In this document: positions 20,225 to 29,440 of the stretch, piece by piece
Position numbering within the stretch: position 1 is the stretch's first letter
How the letters are laid out: each line of letters opens with the position of its first letter
Origin: Gemmatimonadaceae bacterium
GTDB taxonomy: Bacteria; Gemmatimonadota; Gemmatimonadetes; Gemmatimonadales; Gemmatimonadaceae
Assembly (NCBI GenBank): GCA_044224875.1
Contig: JBGAJQ010000010.1
Span: forward strand, 1-64,000
Direction of reading: 5' to 3'
DNA length: 64,000 nt
The notes under the pieces: generated by a model
Seen by the model: only the letters and a program-made list of their open reading frames with translations
What the model was told of the DNA's origin: nothing
Databases searched by the model: none
Made by a program: the position numbers and the translations under genes

Positions 20225-22404
20225 GTCTCCCCGTGAGCGGTGATCCAAATGTCATGCCCGTCGGTGCGGATCACGACGGTGCCGTCGTAGTCCGTGCGCA
20301 ACACTTCAATCTGGCGTTCGTCGAAGCGCTGCAACACCTCACGATTCGGGTGCCCATAACGATTGCGAGTTCCGACTGAGATCAACGCCAGACGCGGTTG
20401 AACGGCCGCCAGAAATGCGGGATTCGAGCTGGTGGAAGAACCGTGGTGACCCACCTTGAGAATGTCCGCCTTCAATCCGGACGCATAACGAGCGAGCAAC
20501 CAGCCTTCCTCCGCCACCTCGGCGTCACCCGTAAGAAGGATTCGGCGCTCGCCCATGCTCACCAGGAGCACCACACTGGACGTGTTTGGATCGTCTTGCG
20601 ACTCCGTCCATGCCGAATCGGGGGCGAGGACCTCCACCCGGACACCGTCGATCTCGCGAGCCAAGCCGGGATACACGCGAAGCCACGAGACGGACCTATC
20701 GCGGGCCTCGACCAACGCGTCCGCATAGGCATCGCCGCCGAACACGCGCGCGGCGTCCCACATTTCCTGGACGCGCACGTCCTTCAGCACCGCCGCCGCT
20801 CCGCCGACGTGATCGACATGCGGGTGCGTGAGTGCGAACACGACGACATCTCCGCCACGACGCCGCAGGTATGGGACAACCGTGGAGATCCCGGCATTGC
20901 TCCCACCCCAGCTGGGCCCCGCATCCACCACGACCCATCGTCCTTTCGGCGTACGCAACGCCACGGCGTCGCCCTGCCCCACATCCAGCACGTGCAGCTC
21001 CAACGAACCACGTGACGACGGCAGCCACGGTAACCAGACGGCGACTGCGACACCGCTTAGGCATAGCACGGCGGCCCGTGCCCAGACGCGTGAGGTACAT
21101 GCCACCACGCCAGCCACAACGGCCAACGCCAGCAAGGTCGTGGTAGCAACGCTTGGCATCACCGAGACCACCGCTCCCGGTACCTTCGCCCCGAATGCCG
21201 CGACCAGGGCCACCGCATCCATGAGCAGTGCGGCGCCATCGGCAACGACCTGCGCCATCGGGCGCAATGGTCGCAGGATCAGCGACAGAAAGAGCGCCGG
21301 CTGCAGCAACGCGAAGAGGGGTGAGACCGCCAGGTTCGTAAGGGGTGCGATGAGTGACAGCCGTCCAAACGCGCCCACTACGACTGGAGCGGTTACCAGC
21401 GTCGCAATCACCGTCGTCGCCGCCTCGCGCGCCAGGACGCCAAGCCCTCCGCGCCGTGCGAACGCGAGTCGCTTGAGAAGGCGGGCGCCAGCGAGTAACG
21501 CGGCCATTCCGGCCACGGACAGCTGGTAGCCAAGGGAAACGACCTCTCGCGGATCGACCAGTGGGAGCAAACCGCCGACCGACCACGCCGCCCAGTCCGA
21601 GGTTGGACGTTGCCGCAGCTGCGAAATGCGCGACGCCGCCAGCATGGCCGCCGAGCGAACGGCTGGACTCGGGGCCCCGATCACGAGCACATAGGCGACA
21701 ATCGTAGCCACTGTGCCGACATTCACCCGGCGCCGAGACAACCCGACCATGCCAAAGAGCAACGAGACGCCTTCACCCAAAATGGCCACGTGCAAGCCGG
21801 ACACCGAGAGCATGTGGACGATGCCAGCGTCAGCGAACTGGTCGCGCACCGCTCGATCGACATCCCGGTCGTCGGCGATGACGAGCGCGCGAGCCAGCGC
21901 GGCCCTTTGGCCGTAGAGTTCATCGATCACGCGACCGAGCGCCGCTCGCCATCGAGCCAGCGGTCCGGGCAGCTCCAACACCCGCACACTGGCGCCGCTG
22001 AAGCTCAGTCCCCGGTCGGTAACTTTGGCCTGGCCGCGCACGTAAATCACGGAGCCCGCGGCGATCGTGGGGCCGCGCGCTTCCACCGTGACCGAAGGTT
22101 CGCAGCTGACGGAAACGATCTGTCCCGACCCGCGTAGCTCTGAAGTCAGCGAGCTTCGCAGGCGAATCACGGCCTCCCCGGTCACGCGGGCCGTGCGAAC
22201 GCAGGCAGCGTCCTCGTGCGCGCAGTACGCGGCGACCAGCACCCCCGCCGCAATGCCGGCGCCTCCGTAGCGCCAAGCGGAGTGTGTCAGGCGCCCGAAG
22301 ATGGTCACCGCCAATGCCAGCAGAATGGCGGGCAAGAAGAAGCCGCCGAATCCCAAGAGGAGTCCGGCGGCGACCGAGAGATATGCGAGAGTGATGCTGG
22401 GCAC
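20191..22404 (-). CDS. comEC: DNA internalization competence protein ComEC/Rec2
   Basis: HMLSVSGLHV competence domain, many TM helices, and an MBL domain (LDVGQGDA, THPHVDHVGG, LTGD, KVGHHGS, NRYGHP). Confidence 0.95.
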   Translation of the reverse strand: MPSITLAYLSVAAGLLLGFGGFFLPAILLALAVTIFGRLTHSAWRYGGAGIAAGVLVAAYCAHEDAACVRTARVTGEAVIRLRSSLTSELRGSGQIVSVSCEPSVTVEARGPTIAAGSVIYVRGQAKVTDRGLSFSGASVRVLELPGPLARWRAALGRVIDELYGQRAALARALVIADDRDVDRAVRDQFADAGIVHMLSVSGLHVAILGEGVSLLFGMVGLSRRRVNVGTVATIVAYVLVIGAPSPAVRSAAMLAASRISQLRQRPTSDWAAWSVGGLLPLVDPREVVSLGYQLSVAGMAALLAGARLLKRLAFARRGGLGVLAREAATTVIATLVTAPVVVGAFGRLSLIAPLTNLAVSPLFALLQPALFLSLILRPLRPMAQVVADGAALLMDAVALVAAFGAKVPGAVVSVMPSVATTTLLALAVVAGVVACTSRVWARAAVLCLSGVAVAVWLPWLPSSRGSLELHVLDVGQGDAVALRTPKGRWVVVDAGPSWGGSNAGISTVVPYLRRRGGDVVVFALTHPHVDHVGGAAAVLKDVRVQEMWDAARVFGGDAYADALVEARDRSVSWLRVYPGLAREIDGVRVEVLAPDSAWTESQDDPNTSSVVLLVSMGERRILLTGDAEVAEEGWLLARYASGLKADILKVGHHGSSTSSNPAFLAAVQPRLALISVGTRNRYGHPNREVLQRFDERQIEVLRTDYDGTVVIRTDGHDIWITAHGETWPLRMCGAAC

Positions 22405-22415
22405 GCGCGTGTCTC

Positions 22416-22715
22416 CTACGGCGCGCCACCTCCTGACGTCACAACGCCGCCCGGACCGTGGCGCGGGTGATCATGCACCAGGCGCATGGCCTCGAGCACG
22501 AGTACCGCGATCTCGGCGCGCGACTGCTCGTGAGATAACGCCACACGCGTCACCGCCGAGCCAACGAGCGAACCCGAGATGTATCTCGGACGAGCTTTGT
22601 TCAGCGTGCGCACAACGACGTCATCCCGGCATTGCTTACAGGCGCAAAACGTTGCGTCCCGCTCGACCAGCTGGGTGACGACATCGACGACCGATTCTTC
22701 GAGCGCGTTCTTCAT
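22416..22715 (-). CDS. ComFB-family protein
   Basis: 99 aa: MKNALEE.V, FCACKQCRDDV, LNKARPRY, ending V.DHPRH. This matches the ComFB pattern. Confidence 0.8.
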   Translation of the reverse strand: MKNALEESVVDVVTQLVERDATFCACKQCRDDVVVRTLNKARPRYISGSLVGSAVTRVALSHEQSRAEIAVLVLEAMRLVHDHPRHGPGGVVTSGGGAP

Positions 22716-22877
22716 CGCGGGTGGTGAACCTTCAGGCCGACGTGGCGGAACGGGCGAAGGAGTGTGCCCCCCCATTCCTGGATCACCCGCCGCCGGCAAA
22801 CCTATGCGGGCTCCACTATTTCGACGGACAGCCAAGGCTCAGGGTCACGACTCCGCCCGCATCGGTGTCCCTGACCG

Positions 22878-24212
22878 CTACCCGGCGACCGGAAGTGCCG
22901 TGCGCTCGCGCACAACCGAGCCAGTGAAGGTCGAACCAGTCGTTCCGGTGAGCTCCACCGTGAGGTATTGGCCGACGAGAGACGGATCTCCCGGGATCAG
23001 GACGGTCTTGTAGTCCCGAGTGCGCGTCTGAAGCAGGTCGCCTCGCCTGGCCGTTTTCTCGACCAGCACTTCGCGCCGTTCCCCAAGAAGCCGCAGGTTC
23101 CGCTGCCTTGCACTCGCGCGCACTTCGGCGATGAGGCGATCCAGCCTTTCTGTTGCCACGTCGTCAGTCACCGTTTCGGTTGCCGGCATGCGCGTGGCGG
23201 GTGTTCCCTCGCGTGGAGAGAACTTGAAGGTGAAGGCGTCGTCGAACGACACCTCCCTGACCGCCGAGAGGGTTTCCTCGAAGTCTTCGTCGCTCTCTCC
23301 CGGAAAGCCAACGATCACGTCGGTGGTGATCGCCAAGCCGGGAATCGCCTCGCGCAATCGCGCGACGCACTCGAAGTACTCGTCACGAGAGTATCGGCGC
23401 AGCATTCGCTTGAGCACGCGTGTGGACCCGGACTGCATGGGCAGGTGCACATGTTCGCAGAACGTGCGCACCTCCGACATCGCCCGGATGACACGGTCCG
23501 AAAAATCGTTGGGGTGTGGCGAGGTGAATCGCACACGCCGAACACCGGCGACGGCCCCCACGGCACGCAGCAGGTCCGCAAAGTCGTGGTCACCATGACG
23601 GTACGAATTCACGGTCTGGCCGAGCAGCACGATCTCAGTCAGTCCGTCAGCGGCAACGGTTTCCACTTCGCGAACCACGTCCTCCAACCGGCGACTCCGC
23701 TCGGGCCCACGGGTGGTCGGTACGATGCAATACGTGCACTTGTAGTTGCAGCCGCGCTGTACGGGGATCCACGCGCGCACACGATCCATCCGCTCCGGCG
23801 CCACATCCTCGTAGTGCTCTTCGAGGTCAAACGTGGTGTGCGTGGAACGACTGCCGCCGCGGGCCCGTTCCACCAATGCCGGTAAGGCACGGTATCCGTC
23901 AGGGCCAACCACCAAGCTCACGTGGCGCGCCCGTTCGAGCAGTTTTGGCCCTAGGCGCTGGGCCATGCATCCTGTGACGCCCATGACGCTCTGCGGGTGC
24001 ATGGAAGCCTTCAGTTCACCAAGGCGTCCGATCACGCGCTGCTCAGCATGATCTCGAATGGCGCAGGTGTTCAGCAGGATGACATCGGCCCCTTCTGGCG
24101 CGTCCACGGGCGTATAGCCGTCCGCACGCAGCTTGCCGAGCATGAGCTCCGAATCGCTCACGTTCATCTGGCAGCCGTACGTCTCGATATAGACGGTGCC
24201 CTTCGTAGTCAT
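22878..24212 (-). CDS. miaB: tRNA i6A37 methylthiotransferase
   Basis: ETYGCQMNVSDSE, NTCAIR, GCMAQ, radical-SAM GCNYKCTYC, RFTSPHP, C-terminal TRAM domain. Confidence 0.95.
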   Translation of the reverse strand: MTTKGTVYIETYGCQMNVSDSELMLGKLRADGYTPVDAPEGADVILLNTCAIRDHAEQRVIGRLGELKASMHPQSVMGVTGCMAQRLGPKLLERARHVSLVVGPDGYRALPALVERARGGSRSTHTTFDLEEHYEDVAPERMDRVRAWIPVQRGCNYKCTYCIVPTTRGPERSRRLEDVVREVETVAADGLTEIVLLGQTVNSYRHGDHDFADLLRAVGAVAGVRRVRFTSPHPNDFSDRVIRAMSEVRTFCEHVHLPMQSGSTRVLKRMLRRYSRDEYFECVARLREAIPGLAITTDVIVGFPGESDEDFEETLSAVREVSFDDAFTFKFSPREGTPATRMPATETVTDDVATERLDRLIAEVRASARQRNLRLLGERREVLVEKTARRGDLLQTRTRDYKTVLIPGDPSLVGQYLTVELTGTTGSTFTGSVVRERTALPVAG

Positions 24213-25453
24213 GCGGCCCCTCTCCCCAAGGTCGCTAACGGTTGCGCCACGAGTCTTCCGTCCGCGAAATCCAACGTGGAGCTGAAGCGGGTGCCCCGAG
24301 GGATCGGGCCCCCGGCGATCGTCACCGTCAGGTAGTCCCCGGTGAGTCCTTCAGCTTCACCGCCACGAATCACGATAACGTCAGCCTCGCCGCCAGCGCG
24401 CGACCGGCGATAGGCGAGTTCCTTCTCCTCAGAAACGTCTCGTAGCTCGCGCGCGCGTCGCAACACGGTGACCCCATCCACATGTTCGGTGAGGCGCTCG
24501 GCCGCCGTGCCCGGTCGCAGGGAGAATGGGAAGACATGCAAATAGGTGAACGGCAGCGAACGCACTACCGCCAGCGTTTCGCCATGATCATTCTCGGTCT
24601 CTCCGGGGAAACCGGCAATGATGTCGGCGCCAATGGAGAAGACCGGCGAGATGCGCGCGATGGCCTCAATCGACCGAACGTACGACGAGGCCGTGTACCA
24701 GTGACGCCCCATGCGGCGCAAGATCCGGTCGGCTCCCGACTGGAGGGGTGCGTGCAAATGCGGCGCAAGACGCTCCGGCTCTTGAAACAGCTCGGCCAGC
24801 GCGCCGTCGACCTCAGTGGCCTCGATCGACGTGAGGCGAAAGCGCACCGTACGCACTTCTCGGATCAGGCGCATCACCAGGGATCCTAACGACGATCCGA
24901 TGTCGCACCCATACGTCCCGATATGGATGCCCGTCAGCACGATTTCCGCGTGATGGTCGGCAAGGGCCTGAGCTTCGCGCACCAATGTGTCCGCGGCACG
25001 TGACCGGTTGGCGCCACGCGCTAGCGTCGTCGCGCAGAACGTGCAGTGCTCGTCGCACCCATCCTGGATTCGAAGAAGTCCGCGCGTGCCCGACTGGGCG
25101 ACCGTTCCACCGCTGCCGGCCGGGAGCTGCAACGATTCGGCGATCGCGGGAAGGTCGGCGCCCCCGATTACCCGCTCGACCGTTGGCAGCGCGCCCAGTT
25201 CCCCCCGATCCAAGGCGGCCGCACATCCCATGACCACGGAGCGCAGCTGCGCATTCCGACGGGCGGCGCGGCGGATGTCCTTCCGCAGGTCGACGATGGC
25301 CTCACTCGTGACGGCGCAGCTGTTGAACACGGCGACGTCGGCCTCTTCCGGAGTAGCGACGATCTCCGCTCCCCCGTTTGTGACCAGCGCGCGCACGACC
25401 TCGGTGTCGTACTGATTGGCTCGGCAGCCGAAAGTCCGAAGGTACACCCGCAT
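24209..25453 (-). CDS. mtaB: tRNA t6A37 methylthiotransferase (MtaB-like)
   Basis: TFGCRANQYDT, NSCAVT, IQDGCDEHCTFC, VLTGIHIG.YG, HVFPFS.RPGT.A. Confidence 0.85.
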   Translation of the reverse strand: MRVYLRTFGCRANQYDTEVVRALVTNGGAEIVATPEEADVAVFNSCAVTSEAIVDLRKDIRRAARRNAQLRSVVMGCAAALDRGELGALPTVERVIGGADLPAIAESLQLPAGSGGTVAQSGTRGLLRIQDGCDEHCTFCATTLARGANRSRAADTLVREAQALADHHAEIVLTGIHIGTYGCDIGSSLGSLVMRLIREVRTVRFRLTSIEATEVDGALAELFQEPERLAPHLHAPLQSGADRILRRMGRHWYTASSYVRSIEAIARISPVFSIGADIIAGFPGETENDHGETLAVVRSLPFTYLHVFPFSLRPGTAAERLTEHVDGVTVLRRARELRDVSEEKELAYRRSRAGGEADVIVIRGGEAEGLTGDYLTVTIAGGPIPRGTRFSSTLDFADGRLVAQPLATLGRGAA

Positions 25454-25471
25454 CGCGAGCCCGCCGGGAGA

Positions 25472-26602
25472 CTAGGGGCGGATGCTGAAGCCGAAGGAGA
25501 GGATCACGGCATGCTCCTGCACGCCGCTCGTCTCGCTCCGGACCGCGCGAATGAGCCCGAGGTCGAAGGCAGCGCGTGGTCCGCCAAAGGGGATGGTCGC
25601 GCCGACCGCATACTGACGCTCGCGAACGTTGTTTCCCTGGACCACAAACGGCAGGTCACGATTGCGGATGCCCAGGTGGACCATCAGGGGCACCGTGCGC
25701 ATCCGTGGACCGGTGAGGTCCGCGCCGACGCCGATATCCGTGCCGTCGCGGGCCTGCAGCGACGTCGTACCTAACGGCTGCAAACCCGACCACGACGTCT
25801 TGTCGTAGCTGGCGGCGAGGCTCACGCCGGGAATGGCATCCAGTCGGATCCCCGCGCCAAGGCGCCCCGGTGCGTCGCCGCGCGCCAGCACGGTGTCGCT
25901 GCTCTCCATGCTCAACTTCCCGCCGGCTGCCCAAGAGGCAGCGACGGCCAAGGCATCGATCGGGCGCCACACGGCACCGAGCGAAACGCCCCCTCCCTGA
26001 AAGCCGAGTGTCAGTGAGCGATTCAGTGTGCCGTACTTCGTGGAATCGTCGAACGTACGGGTGAGGCTGAGCCGATTTTCCCCGCCAAAGGCATGCAGGC
26101 CACCGCCGACCGCAAAGCGGTTGGAGAAGGCATACGCCACCGCCAGGCGCATGTCGGAGATGCCCCCAGTCGAGCGGATGCGTTCCTCGTACTCCACAGA
26201 GTCCAGCCCCAATCGCTGGCCTGATCGGAACAGCGTTTCCCACGTGCGATCAAGCAGCGTGGTCGCGCTGATGGACACGGCGGTGCGTGAGCCGATCGTA
26301 TACCCGGCGGCAAGTAACGGAAAGCGGGCCGTGACCGTGTTGTCTTTCTTCGATCCGCCATCGACACTGCGAAACTCGGGATCGTACTGCACATACAGGC
26401 CGCTCCGGCCCCAACCCAGGATCGCCGCCGGGTTCCGCGTAGAAACCGCATCGAACTCGGCGAATCCGCCACCGCCAGCGATGACCTTAGCGCTCAGGCC
26501 CCCGGACGGGTAACCGAAGCCCTGTGTGCTGATTGACCCTTGGGCACCCGCCGTTTGCACGGCGACAATCGTGAGCACTGCCCACCACACGCGTCGCATC
26601 AT
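25472..26602 (-). CDS. Putative outer-membrane beta-barrel protein (FadL-like pattern)
   Basis: Signal peptide, an early NPAA motif, alternating beta-strand pattern, C-terminal ILSFGFSIRP. Start trimmed to MMRRVWW. Confidence 0.7.
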   Translation of the reverse strand: MMRRVWWAVLTIVAVQTAGAQGSISTQGFGYPSGGLSAKVIAGGGGFAEFDAVSTRNPAAILGWGRSGLYVQYDPEFRSVDGGSKKDNTVTARFPLLAAGYTIGSRTAVSISATTLLDRTWETLFRSGQRLGLDSVEYEERIRSTGGISDMRLAVAYAFSNRFAVGGGLHAFGGENRLSLTRTFDDSTKYGTLNRSLTLGFQGGGVSLGAVWRPIDALAVAASWAAGGKLSMESSDTVLARGDAPGRLGAGIRLDAIPGVSLAASYDKTSWSGLQPLGTTSLQARDGTDIGVGADLTGPRMRTVPLMVHLGIRNRDLPFVVQGNNVRERQYAVGATIPFGGPRAAFDLGLIRAVRSETSGVQEHAVILSFGFSIRP

Positions 26603-27873
26603 GGAATGCCGAAGTTGGTTTTCGTGGCGTAGCTGACGCGCAAACGTGGTCGCAGCGCCACCGGGCCGCGCGTGGAAAAGAACTGCAGCTCCATGGCGGA
26701 CGTCCCTTCCAGTGCCGACCGCAACACGATCGCTCGCTGGAGTGGGATGCTGGAGTACTGCCCCCACGTCCTGAGTGCGGCGACGATTTCGATTTCACGA
26801 ACCCCGGAATCCGCCGGCGTCACCTGCAACGAGTCGAACCCTCCGGCAGCCCCAACAAGGAACGTGGAGCGTGCCAGGTCCGTGATTTCCGAGCCAGCGG
26901 TGACGAGCACAGGGTACATCGTAAGCGTCTTGTCCTTGTCGAGTCCGCGCAGTGGCTTTTGCACCACCTCGAGGGTCGCGCGCAGCACCGTGGCCGAATC
27001 GATGATGGAGGACGGCACGTTGAAGCGGAAATACGCCCGACGGCCGCTCAACCCACCGATCGTCAGCACGTCCGTGGAAATCGGAGTGGCCGGCTCCTTT
27101 ATCACGACCTGATAGTCCACGAGGTCGTTCAGGAGCTGCGCATTGTTGCTGGGCGTCCGCGACTGTGGTGCGACCTGCACCGCCTTGATCGTCGTGTCGG
27201 GATCCGGGTCGTAGGCCAGAAACGCGGAACGACTGGCATCCACCGTTCCGGCGAGGAGCGACACGGCGTTGGCGCTGCTGACACGAATTCCCAGGCGTAG
27301 CCGTTGGCCATGCGTGATCAGGTCCAACAGCTTCGCGTTGTCGACGGGAATCAACGTCGTGTCCTTGATTGCATTCGTATCAAGGGTGGCGCCGCCGATC
27401 AACCGATCGTCGCGAAACATCGCGCGCACGGCCGCGAGCGACGTATCCTCCGCCGTGGTATCGACGTTGTACAGGTCAAACCGAACCGGCGCGGTCGCCA
27501 CCGAGTTCGTCTTGTCGATCCGGAGCTGCAAGAACGAGCTGTCGATCTGCCGGATCACCGAGTCTCCGCCCGACTTCGTGTATGTCGAAGTCAGGGTATC
27601 GAAGCGAATGATGCCGCGCACGTCGACCGAGTCGCCTCTCGCGGCGAGGAGGAGCGACGGCTCCGTCCCCAGCAGCGGGAACCCTGGGATCGCCGTGTCG
27701 ACCGCGACGGCGGCGCTCAGCAGCGTGTCGCGAACCACCACGTTTTGCGGTGGGCAGAGCGTCGGACATGCTGCGCCCGTATCCAGGTTCTCGTTGCAGG
27801 CGACGACAGCGACCGCGGCCACCAGCCCGACCAGCTGCACCAATCTTAGTCCACGCCAGGTCGCGCGCGTCAT
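26599..27873 (-). CDS. Hypothetical lipoprotein, beta-rich
   Basis: Basic n-region, hydrophobic h-region, lipobox VVA-C, then CPTLC. Start MTRATW overlaps the cdd stop. Confidence 0.75.
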   Translation of the reverse strand: MTRATWRGLRLVQLVGLVAAVAVVACNENLDTGAACPTLCPPQNVVVRDTLLSAAVAVDTAIPGFPLLGTEPSLLLAARGDSVDVRGIIRFDTLTSTYTKSGGDSVIRQIDSSFLQLRIDKTNSVATAPVRFDLYNVDTTAEDTSLAAVRAMFRDDRLIGGATLDTNAIKDTTLIPVDNAKLLDLITHGQRLRLGIRVSSANAVSLLAGTVDASRSAFLAYDPDPDTTIKAVQVAPQSRTPSNNAQLLNDLVDYQVVIKEPATPISTDVLTIGGLSGRRAYFRFNVPSSIIDSATVLRATLEVVQKPLRGLDKDKTLTMYPVLVTAGSEITDLARSTFLVGAAGGFDSLQVTPADSGVREIEIVAALRTWGQYSSIPLQRAIVLRSALEGTSAMELQFFSTRGPVALRPRLRVSYATKTNFGIP

Positions 27874-28280
27874 GTATGCTTGAGGGAAGCGGGAGTGAAC
27901 GGGTGGGCCAATAAGTCGCTGAGCTGCCACCGCGCGTGTCCGCCCCGCGCGGTCACGCTGACCACCTCCAGCGAGGGGGCGAATTCCACCAAGGCCTGGC
28001 GACAGACGCCACAGGGCGGCGTCGGTTCATCAGCCTCTGTCGCGACCACGATGGCCGAAAAGCGCCGCTGGCCAGCAGACACCGCCGCGGCCAGGGCCGA
28101 ACGCTCGGCGCAGATCCCCGCGGGATAGGAAGAATTTTCCACGTTGCACCCGACGGCTACCTGTCCGTTCTCGCACACCAACGCCGCCCCGACTCGAAAG
28201 TTCGAGTACGGCGCGTAGGCGCGCGTCATCGCTTGCCGCGCGGCTTGCTGTGCTTCATCCAACAACGCTGCTGACGTCAG
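27870..28280 (-). CDS. cdd: Cytidine deaminase
   Basis: AYAPYSNFRVGAA, GCNVEN, CAER, PCGVCRQ. Start uncertain: CTG at 28280 or ATG at 28229. Confidence 0.94.
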   Translation of the reverse strand: MTSAALLDEAQQAARQAMTRAYAPYSNFRVGAALVCENGQVAVGCNVENSSYPAGICAERSALAAAVSAGQRRFSAIVVATEADEPTPPCGVCRQALVEFAPSLEVVSVTARGGHARWQLSDLLAHPFTPASLKHT

Positions 28281-29440
28281 AACCCTATCTCCTGAAGAAA
28301 CGACACGCCTCGCCCCCGCCATTCGAGTCCAAACCACTCGGCAATGGTTGCCCCAAGGTCCGAAAACGTGCGGCGCTCCCCTAGATCGCATGCTCGGACA
28401 TGCCGACCGGCGACCAACAAGGGAACCCGTTCGCGCGCGTGATCCGTGGACGGGGTCGTTGGATTGTTGCCGTGATCTGCCGTGATCGCCAACAAGTCAT
28501 CGGCGCGCAGGCGCGCCAGCAACCCCGGGAGCGCGGCGTCGAACTGACGAAGCGCCCCGTAGAACCCCACGGCATCGTTCCGGTGCCCAAACTGCTGGTC
28601 GAAATCTACTAGGTTCGCCAGCAGGAACCCACCGGACGAATCCAGCCAACGCCCTATCTCTTCGATGCCTTCCGCGTTGTTCGCCGTATGGCGTGAGGCA
28701 ATGCCGCGCCCCGCGAAGAGGTCATCCACCTTCCCGACGCCGCTCCGCGCAATGCCGGCGCTTTCGAGCTCGTCCAGCAACGTCCGGCCCGGAGGCTCGA
28801 TCGAAAAGTCCTTGCGGTTCGGCGTCCGTTGAAAACTGCCCGCTTCTCCGACAAAAGGGCGCGCAATCACTCGTGAGACATTGTGCGGCGGCACCAACAG
28901 ACCGCGCGCCACCCGACACGCGTGGTAGAGCTCCTCCAATGGAATCCATGCTTCATGCGCCGCCACCTGAAAAACCGAATCGGCGCTCGTATACACGATC
29001 CAGCACCCAGTGCCTCGCTGCTCTTCGGCGTACCGGTCGATCAACGCGGTCCCACTCCCCGCCACGTTCCCGATCACTCCTCGACCTGTGTGCCTCGCGA
29101 ACTCCTTCAGCAGTGCCTCGGGAAAGCCGTTTGGGTACGTTGGGAAGGCCCGATCCAGATGAACACCCGCGATCTCCCAGTGCCCTGTCGTGCTGTCTTT
29201 CCCGGCACTCGCGGGCTGCATGGAGCCCCACGCTCCGGCGGGCGCCGGCGTAGGCGCTACGCCCTGTAGCTGCGCAATCCGCCCCAGTCCAAGGCGCTCC
29301 ATGTTAGGAAGCAACATTCCACCTACGTGCCGGGCCAGGTTCCCCAGCGTGTTGGAACCCGCGTCGCCATACAGCGCCGCGTCATTCGCCTCACCAACGC
29401 CAACGCCATCCAGGATCACGATCGCCGCGCGACGTGTCAC
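28277..29440 (-). CDS. deoB: Phosphopentomutase
   Basis: LDGVGVG, GKDSTTGHWE, YTSADSVFQ, RVIARPF, NLVDFD..FGHRND, TADHGN, TDHARE. Confidence 0.95.
   Translation of the reverse strand: MTRRAAIVILDGVGVGEANDAALYGDAGSNTLGNLARHVGGMLLPNMERLGLGRIAQLQGVAPTPAPAGAWGSMQPASAGKDSTTGHWEIAGVHLDRAFPTYPNGFPEALLKEFARHTGRGVIGNVAGSGTALIDRYAEEQRGTGCWIVYTSADSVFQVAAHEAWIPLEELYHACRVARGLLVPPHNVSRVIARPFVGEAGSFQRTPNRKDFSIEPPGRTLLDELESAGIARSGVGKVDDLFAGRGIASRHTANNAEGIEEIGRWLDSSGGFLLANLVDFDQQFGHRNDAVGFYGALRQFDAALPGLLARLRADDLLAITADHGNNPTTPSTDHARERVPLLVAGRHVRACDLGERRTFSDLGATIAEWFGLEWRGRGVSFLQEIGF

Noticed and set aside
28455..28485. deoB motif reads TADHGNNP rather than the usual TADHGNDP
   Set aside because: It is a single-base difference next to intact Asp/His ligands. 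It cannot be distinguished from a neutral variant or a base-call error.
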